Assembly (NCBI GenBank): GCA_013265495.1
Contig: MU057716.1
Coordinates: forward strand, 1-64,000
Length of the DNA stretch: 64,000 nucleotides
Reading direction: 5' to 3'
From: Vicugna vicugna
Lineage: Eukaryota
Positions 36,791 through 50,041 of this stretch are shown here, piece after piece. Positions within the stretch are counted from its first letter, which is position 1. Each line of letters opens with the position of its first letter. The position numbers and the translations under genes are program-made. The notes under the pieces were generated by a model. It was not told the DNA's origin. It did not search any database and saw only the letters and a program-made list of their open reading frames with translations.

Positions 36791-38839
36791 AACAAGCATG
36801 AAACTCACTCAGCACAAGGTTTGGCACATAGTAGGGGCTCAATAAATGATGTCCCTTTACATAAATGTAGCCTTTGCATATTAATATCTATTATTACATG
36901 GACTAAAAACTGGTCCCCCAAGTGCTGCTCATGACTACAATCTGGAGTGTGGAGACCAGCTCGACTGAACAGCCAGGCCACACGAGGCCCCAGGAGGCTT
37001 TCTCCACCCCTCCTCTGCTCCCCCAGGGCGTGCCCCTCCGTACTCACCTTCTGTTCTGCAGAGAGGGTGGAGGGGCACGTTCCCTGCACCTCGCCTGCGC
37101 TTTCAACGCTGGTTTAGAGTATTGCTCAGAAGCACTCCCGCCCTCCTCCATGTGGGCTACACACACTCGGGGAACAGCCAGCTGTCTTGGAATGGAACCT
37201 AAGCAGACGTACGGTGACCTCCCGAGTCCTCGCTTTCCAAGGATTCATTCCAGATCCCAGTTATAAGGGAAGCAAAAATTGTCAGAGCTGGAAATAATCT
37301 ACTAATGAACTGGTCACCTGTGAAATCAGCCCCCAGTTCAAACTTTCCTCACCCCTGAGGCCACTCCTGCCCATCAGATCAGAACCTTCATCTCCTCTCT
37401 CAACTGACCAGTTTCTGCCAGACTGACCCCAATGCCTCCCCTGCCGGCCCAGATATCGCAGCCCAGGCAGTTGTTGGCGTTACATTTTAAGGTCCACAAG
37501 AGCACTGAAATGGATCACAAATATTAAGCCGCAGCTAAACGCATTCTTTCTGCGAGAAAAGAAAACCGCTGGTGGAAACATGAAGTGCAGTCAGCTGGGC
37601 TGGCAGCTCATTTTTGTGTGGGATCAGCTTCAGACTCTCACCTAGAACAGACTGCTTCCAAATTCACATGCTTAAAAGTGAGGGAAAAAAGAAATTCGGT
37701 TCACAGTCATTTCAGCAGTAAATGGTCTATGGACCCCTTGACACTTTCTCTGTAGATCCCTAGTGCCCCGGCCTCTAGGTAATTTAAAAGGAAAAAAAAT
37801 TGGATGAATGTGTTATCATCATTATAGACCCACTGCAGGAGGCCCCACCCATCACCCCAGCTGGGTGTGGGTTTCCTCTTGGGCGAGGCACGTGCTCCCC
37901 ACAGCGTTCTCCAACAGCAGAAAGGACTCGTGTCCTCAAAGGACAGGGACTCCTGCTTAGAAAGGATGCTGCCTCTGAAGATTCCGCACCACCAGAATTC
38001 CTAGCTCAGTTACCTAATGAAATTGTCCAAATGATTTCTCCTCACACAACCCACCCTGATCAGACTTCCCTCATTCCTGGTTCATTTTTTAAATAATGTT
38101 TTTAACTTGTGTTTGTTTGTGTTTAAAAAAGAACTTTTTATGTTAACACTCAGCCAATTCAAGCCCTATTTCACAGTTGCCTCTCGGGGAAGAGAGGAGC
38201 TACTTCTATGCCAAGGGCACTTCAGTTGCTATTTTTCTGTCTAGAAGGAAGGGTATATCTCCATGTCTCAGCAGTCAGACAGGCATAAATGAATAAATTA
38301 GCATTTGCCTACATTTAAATTGTATAATATAAACTCCTGGACAGCTGACTGCAGTTGATTTATTATTGCTCGGAGTTACTGTTTGCCAACTGAAGCCAAA
38401 TGTTAAGGTAAAGGACAAATTACTAACCAAAAACACAATGCCTCCGTGCCCTGGTTTCCGAGCTCGGAACGCTTCCCGTGGTCCATGACTGAGGACTGGG
38501 TGACCCTGATTTTCCTCTGCTGCAAGCTCTAGAAAGTCTGTCTGGTATGCACAGCCCATTCCAGACATCTATCTGAGGCTTTGGGCTTCCATGGACTGTA
38601 AGATTAGGTTTTAACTCTAGTCTGCCTCATGATCCAACAGCCAGATACATCCAGGTACACTTGCCAGCGCCCAAAGGTCTCAATGACTTCCCTTTCCCTC
38701 TGAGGGTGAAACCCATGACCCTTCACATCACCCCTCCACTTACAAACAGCAACCCCAGCGGCCTAAGTATTTATGTGCTTTGATAAGCACTGCCCTCCTT
38801 CATCTATAGACAGACTTATTTTTCTTACTGGACATTCAG

Positions 38840-39190
38840 GAGATCATACCTCCCAGCCCTCTTGCAGTTAGAAGGGGCCACATGAATGGTTCTGGCCAAT
38901 AAAATGTGAAAAGTGACTTGTGTCACTTAAAGGCCGAGGCAGTGACAAGACTCTGCAATTCTTCAGCCTCTCTCTGCGCTCTCTTATGCTGCCGAGACAG
39001 ACAGCTGAGCTGCTGGCAGGCTGGTCCCTGAGCTCCCCCAGCACCCGACCCCACGCTCCCTGCCCCACCACTGCCCACTCAAATCGGATGTGCACTTTGA
39101 GCAGGGAAGACAGCGTCACAGGGTGGGCTGCTGAGATCTGGGAGCTGTGTGTTACCACAGCGAGGTGTAGTCTATCCTGACTAACGTGGC
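38840..39190 (+). mobile_element. Old MLT1-type MaLR LTR
   Basis: CTCCCAGCCCTCTTGCAGTTAG...TTCTGGCCAAT...GTTACCACAGC...TATCCTGACTAA. Confidence 0.6.
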
Positions 39191-39493
39191 GTCAGCTGTC
39201 TCAGCGAAGTGACATCTGTCTCGGGGGACTTTCTTCCGCGTGTGACTCCTACATCAATGTGTCTCTCAATCCTCCTGGGAAAAGTCTCCTTCACTTACTT
39301 ATTCCCTCACACTCACGACTTGAGTTTGGCTTTCAAGGATAGATAGGATTTGGGAAGGTGAAGAAAAGGGAGAGAGCATGCCACACCAGAGAAGCACGCT
39401 GAGTTCTTCTGACTATCGCAGGAAATAGTATGACGTAAGCACATTCCTTTGATAAAAAGGAAAGATGCTCAATTTCAGCTCGACCCTGCCTTC

Positions 39494-39979
39494 GCAGGTG
39501 AGGGAATGAACAGTCACAAACCACAGGCTGAGGCGCTCCGTGGAATTACTCATTAGAAAGAATTTCTTCCTTCCCACACTGGACTACATCAACCCAGCTT
39601 CTTGAGGACTTGGGTGAATGCCTATCGCCCAGAAGGGACTTGGACTGGACCAAAAGCATCCCCTTCTCGCTTGCATGGACCTATCCCTCTGCCCCCACCA
39701 CAAAGGTGCCTGACAACTGTGAAGGTGGAATACAGAGCAGGTGAGGGAATGAACAGTCACAAACCACAGGCTGAGACGCTCCATGGAATTACTCATTAGA
39801 AAGAATTTCTTCCTTCCCACACTGGACTACATCAACCCAGCTTCTTGAGGACTTGTGTGAATGCCTGTCCCCCAGAAGGGACTTGAACTGGACCAAAATC
39901 ATCCCCTTCCCGCTTGCATGGACCTATCCCTGTGCCCCCACCACAAAGGTGCCTGACAACTGTGAAGGTGGAATACAGA
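39494..39979. repeat. Tandem duplication, 243 bp period
   Basis: GCAGGTGAGGGAATGAAC starts at 39494 and 39737. About 9 substitutions between copies by eye. Confidence 0.97.
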
Positions 39980-40769
39980 CTTTTCAAGGCTGATAGCCTC
40001 AATAACGGTCGCGGGGGAGGGTAGCGTGTTTTTGTGATGCGTGTATAAGCGGTAGGTGAGCATGAGCGTGTGTGTCATGAGAAATATCACAGGACAGTGG
40101 TGAGAAAGACTGTGTAACTTCCGAATTCTCTTAGGGAAAAAAAAATTACTCAATATAAGATTTGTTCAAGTGGAAACAGCACTAGATCACATAGAAAGAC
40201 AATTATATGTAGAAAGAAATACAACATCTTAGCACTTAGTCTGTGTCTGACACTTTCTAAGCACCTTATATGCATTGGCTCATGGATTCGCTCATAACCC
40301 CCGTGTGAGGTGGGAGTTACTGTCCTTCTTTTATAAATTTCTACAACTGAGGCACAGAGTGGTTAAGTAAGTCACCAAGACCTCACAGTCTGCCAGGTGT
40401 TGGAGCCAGGGGTGGAATGCAGCAGTCTGACTCCGGAGCCCACGCTGGTGTGGGGCTGAGACGGACAGCATCTGAGTCTGGCTGACAGCTACAAACAACG
40501 GAGTTTCCCTCTGGCAACATCCCAACTCTGGAAAGCATCCTACTTGGGCTACAGACAGCTTTTCTCCGTCAGGCAAAGGCTGAGTCCTCTGCTTACCAAG
40601 GACTTCTGCTATTTCTACCATGTGTATATTTTGGAGGAAAAGTAAGATATTTTTTGTAATAAATGGTCTCTAAGCCCTTTTTAAAAAATCTTTTATTATG
40701 AGATCTTCGAATATCCAAAAAAAAAAGAGGAACAGTCAACGAACTCCCATGAAACCACCATTATCTATC

Positions 40770-42010
40770 TCTTCACAATCCACTGTCCCCCTCCAGTCCC
40801 CTCCCCAACTCATTCCGGCTTCCGCCTCCACCAGGCCGTTGAAATGCATCAAGGTCCCCAAAGGCCTCCCTGAACCACAGTCCAGTGGATGTTTCCCAGC
40901 CTTTTTCAGTGGCGTTCTTCTTGTCTGTCTGAATCTCCAGACACTCTTGAGAGGAAACTTCTAATATCCTAACAGCAGGTCAGCTGCCATTCTCTGAGGA
41001 CTTCCTCTGTGCCAGGCACAGTCCTGAGCACCTTTTACACATCATTTCATTTAATCTTTAAAGCGATATTGAGGTAGGTACTATTATGATCTCCATTTTC
41101 AAAATGAGGAAACAGACTGGTTAAACCTTCCTCACTTTGAGGAAATGAAAGGAGGCACAGACAGGTGGAATAAACTTGACTGAGAGGCACCATGACACCA
41201 CACCAGACCCTGAACCTCTCCCCTCGCCGGCTGCCAGGACATCACTCTCCCCCGGAGCCACCTGTCTCTCTCCCCCACCTTCCTTCCGTCTCCTCTGTGG
41301 GCTTATCTCCTTCTATCCATCTTCTAAATGCTAGTGTGCCCTGCGGCACTGCCCTTCAGGCTCTTCTTTCTCACACTCATGCCATCTGAAGGACCTCACC
41401 CATGCTCGAGGCTTCAAACGCCGCCTGTATGCCAATGACCTCCAACTATGATTCCAGCTTGCAACGTTCTCACTGCCTACTGGACATCACCTCTTGACTG
41501 TCCCGTAGGAGCCTCCACGTCAGCAAGTCCATCGTCTTACCCTCAAAGTCTGTTCCTCCTCTTGTGTTGCTGGATTAGAGAAATTGCATCACACGGATGT
41601 CCACCAAGTCCTATCAGTTCTGTCCCCCAGATGCGTCTTGAATCAGTCCCTTTCTCTCCATCCTTTTTAGTTCAACTCCACACCACCTTTCCCTTGGATT
41701 ACGGCAAGTGCTTGATGATTGCCAGCCTGGAGTCCTTTAATCCTGTCTCCAAAGTTTTTTAGATTGATTTTTTAACACAGATTTTTATCACATGTCCTGT
41801 CTTTAAAATAATTCGACAATGTCACATAACCTTCCAGATAAAACCCAAATTCCTCACTATGACCTTTTGTCGTCTAGACTGATTCCAGAGTACCTGTCAG
41901 ACATGCACCTCACCACTACCCGTTTGCACTCAGTTCTCTAGCTATGCTGTCTCTCTCTGAAATTCTTAAGTGCTTATAATATTCCTTATTTCCACGTTCT
42001 TCCACATAAT
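40770..42010 (+). mobile_element. L2 relic interrupted by a MIR (about 40970-41190)
   Basis: GATAAAACCCAAATTCCTC and TGCCTACTGGACATC. MIR core TCCATTTTCAAAATGAGGAAAC. Confidence 0.55.
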
Positions 42011-42339
42011 GTCACAGTCACACAGTCAGAGCGCCCAGAAGTAGAAGCACCACCATCCATGAGAATGAAAGCCAGACCCTGAGGATGGAAGAGCAGGAAG
42101 CAGGATGGAGCCTGGTGCCCTTCGTCTTCCTTCAGCACGTGCCCCAGCCCCGGACTGCCTTCCTCTGGACTCTTACAACATGAGAAAAGTAAACTTCCAT
42201 CGGATTAAACCACTCCTGTGGAGTTTCTGTGATACGTAGACCCACACAGTTCCAGCTGATAAACTCTCCTTTTTTCTTACTACTTATCACATCATATTGC
42301 TTGTAGTTGCCTACGGTCTGCGTCTACCGCTAGACAAAC

Positions 42340-42840
42340 AGATCCACGAGCCCATGGGCTGCTTTATCAGACTCCTCTTCTGCTTCATCTCACACCCCCT
42401 TGGCCCACTTTTCGGTACAGCCCGGGCCACGGCCACCAGCAGATGAAAACTGACGGTGCCTCCTCATCGGCTCCTGTATCTCTAGCTTCCTGCCTGGAGC
42501 CCTCTGCCTCGCTAGGGGCTCGCAGGAGCCACTCAGCCGTTCTGAGTCTTACACAGACGTGGACGTGGAGGGAGCTGACACCCCCAAGGACAAGCCTTAC
42601 CTGAGGGGTTGGACCTTGCCCACTTCCACATCTCGAGTGGGCGATTTGAAGGGGCCTCCTACACGGTTTCTTAGAGGGTCCCCAGGGGAGCTGAACCCTT
42701 GCTGCCCACAGTGGTAAATCAGCTCAGTCACACTTTGCTCCCTTCCTGTTTCATTGTTTCCAGTTTCCACTCTTGTTTAGTTCGCAGAACAACACTCCCT
42801 ACCAGCAAGCCTCTGCTTTGGGGGGAACCTGAGCCAACAC
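42340..42840 (+). mobile_element. LTR16-like ERVL LTR
   Basis: GAGGGTCCCCAGGGGAGCTGAACCC.TGCTGCCCACAGTGGTAA and GCCTCTGCTTTGGGGGGAACC. Confidence 0.6.
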
Positions 42841-45251
42841 AGCTGTGACTTGGCGTGATACCCAGTTCTTAACAAACATTCACTCGCTGATACATATCTG
42901 AATGAGTGGACTTCTTTTCCAATTACACCATTTCTTTGTGAGAATTGCTTTTTACTTCAGCAAAACGTTATAATCATTTGAAAAGACAGGCGTGCTCACA
43001 GCGGGAGAGTTTAATAGCTGCTAACTTCCACATAAAATACTGGCCACAGAGGAGACAGAGAATTGCAACAGTAGTGTCCACCCAGATTTCAATCAGTGAC
43101 ATTCCACAATTTATTATTATCAACTAGATGGGGATCCCTGAGTTATCAACACGAAATGTATCGTCCTAAATACTATGACACTTAAGTGCTAAGCCTTGGC
43201 TTATTGATGATTTGAAAATTTATGTAAATAAAAGAATTAAAATATTATTTTAAAATTTAAAGATTCAGTTAGGAAATCAATAACATCTATGAATATAAAA
43301 TCATGTTTTTCTGAAAGATGTGACTCCAGCCCCAACATAAATCATCAAATCTAAAACAGCTATAATGTTTCAGCCAATAATTTTATATCATCATAAAATC
43401 ACAAGAGAAGTTAAGTAGTTTTTAGGATAGTAAGAAAATGCCAGCAATAAAGCATCACGAGAAAGTATGGGACAACATTCTGCTACCATGGGTTTTATTT
43501 TTAGATTGATGATTTGATCAAAAATCATGTGTCCCTTTCTATTTATTTTTTTAAAAAGAGATAGAAACGAACCATAGTAAAATGCCTCTAGGTCTGTGCA
43601 CAGTGCCTTAGAAACAAAAATTTACTATCAAAGGATGGCTACGGCCTCAGACCAGCCAAAGAACTCCTCCTACTGTTTTTTCAAATTATAAAAGGAGTCT
43701 GAAGAGAGGCACCTTCACTGAAGAACGAGAAGACGACAAAATCACGGAGCAGGAGCCAAGAGCGTCAAAGCTCCCGAGGCAGAGCTGGTCTCTGACCCTC
43801 TGGGCAGGGCAAGTCAGGGGCCAGACTCTGACATGGACGGAGCGTCCCCGGGTCCTCAGGGCCCTCCCTCCCCACGAGCCGCCGTGTCTAGAAACAGGGC
43901 TGACCTGCAACTTCACAGGGGCTCTCTGGCAATGATACCTTAACTCTGAGAAATTCAGCTCTAATAAGAGAATAGCATAGGACAGAGTATTGGGAGAGAA
44001 CTTTTGAACAAGGCACCTCTTTCCAGTGTCTTGAAATATTCCTTCAAGGGCAATCTCTACTCTGCACACATATCATGTTGAAGAGGAAACAAAAGGTTTA
44101 ATTCGGGCATAAAGCAATTATTTCTAAAACTATGGTTCGTAATAAGTTTCTAACTTAACTTAGAATTAATTTCTAATTAATTTTAATTGCTTAATTAATC
44201 TCTGACATTTTTGGTAAATGAGTAGACGATTTTGTTTTCCAATCTGTGGGCATGAGGACTCACACCTGGACCATGAACAGTAAACCATAAATTCGGAAAA
44301 TAATACAGGAAGGCAGGGCACTGGGGAAGAGAAAGACTAAGAATAGAGATGTTTCTCAACAGAATTCTACATTTTTTGAATTTTTTACAATAAGAATGTT
44401 TTTACGTGTAACTTCTGAAATTTTATTCTGTAAAGGATCATCTACAGTCATATTATCTGTGGCCTGCCTGCCTGTCCAGGTAGTGACCCACGTTCTCTGT
44501 TTAGTCACTTCACTCGGTCATTCCACACACTTGAGGCTTAAGGGCAACCATCCCCAGAGGCTTCAAAGAGCACCCGCAATAAGCAAGCGTTTACGGAGCG
44601 CAGACGACGCGCCAGGCACTGTCTCAAGAACTTTATCAGAACTGTTCCATTTAATCCTCACCCACGTATGTCAGTGCTAGGATACAGCCAGTCCCCAAAT
44701 GAGGAAACCAGGCACAGAGAGATTAAGGAAATTGCCAAGACTAGTCAGCCGACAAGGATGCAGCTGGAATTCAAACTCAAGCAATCTGGCTTCAAGCTGC
44801 ACCCCTAATCACTACGCTAGCTCTCCTCCCTAAAAATGAAGACACTTCCCAATCTCACGGGGCTTACCACCTAGTTGGGAAGAGATGAACAATGCTATGT
44901 GCTAAACAGTACACATGAAGAAAAAAAGGAAGAAAACGTGACTGAGCGTGGTTGGGAGACGTGGGGAGGTTTCCCAGTGGAAGCCCCCAGGGAAGGCTCA
45001 CCGGGGAGCTAAGGGAGGGGCAGGACGGACACCTGCTGACACCTGCCTCTAACCAGGCACCTGCTGAGTGAGTGACACATCATCTCACTCTACCCCCTTA
45101 ACAGCCCCATGACACACGTGGTGTGGGCCCCGCTTTACTCATCAAGAGACTGACACCCAAAAAGTAAAACAACTCGCCTAAAATAGGACAGTTAGCAGGT
45201 GCCAGAGCCAAGACATCAACCCAGAAAATGCTCTTTCCAGTCCCCACCCGC

Positions 45252-45252
<1 letters not shown>

Positions 45253-45282
<30 letters not shown>
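45253..45282. repeat. (CA)n microsatellite
   Basis: Read directly. Confidence 0.9.
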
Positions 45283-45899
45283 GAGGAGGAGAAAAGAGAG
45301 AAATCATATGTATAGACAATACACAGACATACGTTAAAACATCCTGAACACAAGCAAAATGGAGGAAGGGGGTTAACCGCATGGTGATGGAGGGTAATTA
45401 GACTCGTGGTGAGGATCACTCTGTGGTGTATACAGATGTCAAATTATATACCTGAAACTTAAATAAAATTTAAAATTCTGGCACAATAAATCACCATGTT
45501 CTCAAAAAGACCAAAGCCATGCAACTACAGAATAGACTCTCTTGTAAGATGAACGTCATGAACGTCTATCCCCGGAAACGTCTGTACAGATGCTGACATC
45601 TGTCCGCTGGTCATGGAAGGTCGAAGGTGAAAATACAGACTGCTGGACCTCCAGGGACCCTAAATCTAGACATGACACTGTTCTATCAAGTAACCCGGGT
45701 TTCCCTGGTACACAGGTCCTCTGAGAAGTTACACGTGGCCACAAAATGAAGTGCTGCTTGCGACAGGCTTTGTCTCCGTGGCTGCACGGTCAGTTCTCTT
45801 GGAAGACAAAGATGGAGTCTCATCCTCTTTGTCATCCTGGTCAAGGGCCTCATTCTTCCCAGGGTCACCCAAAACCTGTAAGAGACAACTCTATGACCA

Positions 45900-48090
45900 T
45901 CTCTCTTGCTCTCATCTTACTGTATCTCTCAGCAGCACAGACACTTCCTCTCTAAAGCACCGTTTTATTTTGGTTTTCCAGCTTTTCACCTGCAGTGCTG
46001 GCTCTTCCTTCTGCAGTGCTGGCTCTTCCTTCTCCGTCTCTTTTGCTGATTCCTCCTCCTCTTCCCAACCTCTGTGTTGGTGTGGCCTACGATGCAGTTC
46101 TGGGACATCTACTCCTGGTTCCATACTCTCTCCTGAGATCAGCTGGTCCAGTTTCTGGTCTTCAAACAGCGTCTGTATGCAAATTATGCCCAAATTTATA
46201 TCTGTAGCGCTGACTTATCTGGTCTTAGTGTTTTGATGCCAAATAAACATCTGAAACGAACTACGCTGAAATCAAACTGTTCTTTCCCATCTCAGGAGAT
46301 TGCTCGAGACAAATACCTCTTTCCTTCATCACGACATCTACTTCCACCAATATATCCTATAGTTTCTCTCTCCAAAATGTATTTCATTATCAACCACTTC
46401 TATTTCCACTATTTCCACTCGAATCCACTTACCTGAAATAGCCCGAGGTGTCTTCCCACTCCCATTGTCGCCACCACGGTCATTCCTCTAGCTAGAATGA
46501 TTTTTTTAAGCAGTTAGGCCATTTATTGGCATTACCAGAGCATTCCTTTCAACAAGGGAGGGGACTCTGAACACTAAAACCTCACCTATTTTGTGAAAAC
46601 TTGAGACTAAACTCTCCATCATCTGTACACAGCTTAATCACGAACGGGAGCAAGAATTTCAGTTAAATAAATTGAGCCGAACTGCCCTGCTACAAGATGA
46701 TGAAAGGAAAGCTGGGTGCCCCCGAAAAGTTCTTGCTTTCACACTATGGTATTTCAGGTGCAGGAATCCAACAACTCCCCAGCGCAGCAAGAAGTGCTTC
46801 CCGCTGCATCTTAAAGCAGTCATTCCATGGTCAAGCGTCCAAAGGCTAAGACAGTTTCGTGGGAAATGGGCACGGCCTTCGGCTCCGTGCGCGGCCCGCA
46901 GCTGAGAAGCCAGGTTCTTAAGACCTGAAGGCTGGCTGCCACGCTCTCGGGGAGGGCGCCTCCACAGAGTCTCCGGCTTCAGGTCTCAGCCGCCCCGTCT
47001 ACCAACTGCAGTCCTGGCGAGGGAAGACCCGCCAGGCTTCCACACTGAAGTCACCAGGCTCCTCACTGCCCTCCAGGACGTGCCGCTTGATCTCGGACGG
47101 GTCACTCCAGGTGACCAACCCCCCAAGCTGCGCGTGACGAGGAAGGCGGGGTCGGCGGCCGCGTCCGGGCCCCCGCGCACGTGGCCCTCGTCCACGAAAG
47201 CCACGGCGACCGGGAGGTGCGGCGCCACGCGCAGCTCCGGGAGCCCGGCGGTCGGGCGGCGGCGGCGAGGACGAGGCCGAGACGAAGTGGCAGAGCTTCC
47301 GCTACCCGCGCGCGGGCCCTGGGCCGGCAGCGCGGGACTGGTCCGGCAGCAGAGCCGACAGCACGGGACTGGTCCGGCAGCGCGGCCCGGACGCCGCAGT
47401 GCCCGTCTTTCCCCCCAGGTCCGCGCAGGCGCCGCGGAGCCCGTCTCGCCCGGCAGGTCCGCGCAGGCGCCGTGGAGCTGTCTCGCCCACCAGGTCCGCG
47501 CAGGCGCCGCACCAGCTCACGCAGCGCATGGCTCGGCCCAGCGTGGTGCACGCGGTCCTCGCGCAGCCGCAGCACATGCACCTCGCACAAGTCGTGGTCA
47601 GTGACCTCCCAGAATTATTTTCTTAACTATTCTTCTGACTACACGTAGAATAAAATCCAAACTCCTCAGCAGGCCTTACGAGAACCTCATAGCCCAGTCC
47701 CTGCCTGCCTCTCCCTCCCTGTCTTGCTTTCTCCCTTCCTTGCTCGCTAGGCTCTGGCTACAAGGGGTCCTTCCAGAGCCTTGAACTTGCCAAATTTGCT
47801 GCTGCCTCAGGCCCTTTGCCCTTGCTGTTTCCAATGCTTGGGATGCTCTTCTCCCTCCCTAGCTGATTCCATATCCTTAAAGAGGCTTTTTCTCATTCCT
47901 CACCCATCACTCTCAACTACATTCATCCTATTTTATTTTCTCTATAGATTCTGTGTTAATTTGATTATTGTCCTTATTCCCACTGGAGAGTAAGCTTTAA
48001 GAAAATTAGGACTTCATCCAACATTTTCACAGTATCTGAGTACCCAGAATGATGCCTGGCCCAAATAGATATTTGTTAAAGAAATGAATA
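45900..48090 (+). mobile_element. L2 relic split by the IMP3 retrocopy
   Basis: L2-like sequence at about 45900-46493 resumes at 47625 (AGAATAAAATCCAAACTCCT..., GCCTCAGGCCCTTTGC...) and ends in the L2 tail ATGCCTGGC...ATTTGTTAAAGAAATGAAT. Confidence 0.65.
46501..47610 (-). pseudogene. IMP3: IMP3 (U3 snoRNP protein) processed pseudogene, 5'-truncated and frameshifted
   Basis: Minus translation fragments [69 protein letters not shown] and DFSVEA match IMP3 ([45 protein letters not shown]). 3'UTR, AATAAA (46522-46527), A-tail remnant (46501-46507), TSD AGAATGATTTTTTT 46494-46507 / AGAATTATTTTCTT 47611-47624. Confidence 0.92.
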
Positions 48091-49991
48091 AAAGTATCAA
48101 AGAGAGATTTGGGGTTAACTGAAAGGGTTTGGTTAAGTGATGATTTCATGTCACAGTTGGAGTCACAGAGGTTAAAAAACATTGATCTCTGTTATAAACA
48201 AGTTCCCCTAACAAGTGTACATCAGGTCTGGGACAGGGAGAGTGGTGCTGGCAGAGACTGCAACTAGTGCCTCTCAGGCTCAACTCCTTTTGTTTTGCAT
48301 TCTCAATTTCTCAATGTAGGAAACACAGTTTAAATGATGAATTGGCCTGTTTCTTCCAGAACCCCACAGTGTACTGGCATGAAACAAAGAGATACCAAGG
48401 CAGAAAGCCTGCTAATGGTGCCAGTTCAGACCAAGGCAGGAATTAACCCATTTATACCATCAGATATGTCTCCTTCCTCTAGGAAACCACCCAAAGTAAT
48501 GTTATGAGACACTTCGGATATCATATGAAAAATGCCCATGAGGACATTCTCTGCAGTCCCTGATGAGCTTGTAGTGCCATAGCAAGTGCCACCTCCGTTT
48601 TCAGGAATGTCCATTATTTTTAGATATTAAAGCAAATCTCATAAGGGGAATTAAGGATTACAGGGTATCAATGTAAAGAGAAAATAATCATTCTCAATCG
48701 TGACTGCATTATGTGAAAAAATGACTTCCTTTCATTGGATTTGAGTTTAAACTGTAATACTGAGGTTGGCTTCTCCAAGTTGTCTCAGGTAACTTATTTG
48801 TAGTCATGATGTGGAAAAACACGATTTGCCATCAGTAGCCTATTATTTCTACACTGCTCAGTGATTTGTGACCTGAATAAATAGGCCCGGTGGTTTAACA
48901 GGGTAAGAAGGCTGCTAAGACATGTGGAGGCAAAGATAAAACCTCGTGTCCATTCTCTCCAAGAAGGTGAACTTGATTCAGTGGACATGCAAGTCATGAC
49001 ACTTCCAAAAGCCTGGCCATCCACCTGGAACCCTTCCACACGGAGCCTTCTTCCAAGGGACATCCGGGGGATGTGATGGCACTGGCTGAAATAAGGTGAT
49101 CCAAGAGGGAAAATCATTTTTGTTGTTATAGGCTTCTGAAGTCCTTAGGAAAACGTATTTCAAGACAGAATTATCTGGATAATTTTTCCTCATTTTCCCA
49201 TTTCCCTTTGCAGGTGTAATCACAGCCGAATATTTCATTGCCAACTCCCCTGTGACTGGCACAGCCATGAATGGATTTCTTCCCTGTTGGTAGGGTGCCA
49301 CATTGCCTGATGAGGCCTTAAAAGAGTCTTCGAGAAAAGGTGCCAGAATGGTGTGAAATACCACACCTCTGGAGAAGAAAGGCTAGAGATCTCTGGGTTG
49401 CTGACAACTTGCCAGCCATCAAAATTATTTTAAAACACCTGATTTTCTTTTGCTGTTGTTCTTTAAACTCCAAGCCCTTTGGCCAGTCCCCTGATGTCGG
49501 TATCTACATCCTTCGTTGGCTTTTGTTCCTCTAACAAATAACATGAAGATGTGATGCACTGAGGAGATTAAATTGAGTGTGTGCGTGTGTGTGCACTTGC
49601 ATGTGAAAAGGAGAGCATCTGTTTTCCCAGGGTGTGTCAAAGATGCATGGTTCTTAATGACTTCTGCCCGGATTTACTCATAATCAAAGGTTTAAATGTC
49701 TCATGCTCCAAACATCTGAGCCATACTAAATTAATGGAAGAGAATGGTAATTGTTCACTTGGGGAACAAAACAGAATGCCACATTAAGAAATCATTGGAA
49801 ACTCTGTTTTCCTAACACTGTCCTACTCTAAAATTTGGAGAAATATGGTCACAGGAATTCAAACTACATTCCCAAACTAAAGGCATTTTTGCCTCCTCGT
49901 CTAAACAAAGTCCTCCATAACAGGGTCTGTGTAGTATCTCTGGGTCCTAACTGAATGCCCTACAAACAGAAGGGGCTGAATACATGTTTTT

Positions 49992-50041
49992 TGATGATGA
50001 TGATGATGATGGTGATGATAATGGTGATGATGATGATAATG
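49992..50041. repeat. Imperfect (GAT)n microsatellite
   Basis: Read directly. Confidence 0.9.

Noticed and set aside
45912..46193. Glu-rich ORF (EEEEESAKETEKEEPALQKEEPALQ)
   Set aside because: Antisense reading of an L2 relic containing a 21 bp duplication.
47416..47508. CRISPR-like 18 bp repeats with ~20 bp spacers
   Set aside because: Eukaryotic DNA, spacers are homologous to each other, no cas genes. It is a tandem repeat.
47080..47648. 150-175 aa ORFs on both strands
   Set aside because: By-product of very high GC in the frameshifted IMP3 retrocopy. No intact IMP3 frame.
49214..49289. Plus-strand exon-like segment (TTTCCCTTTGCAG|GTGTAATC...TTG|GTAGGG)
   Set aside because: Isolated, with no partner exons on the plus strand. 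The pyrimidine tract is simply the complement of a purine-rich minus-strand stretch.
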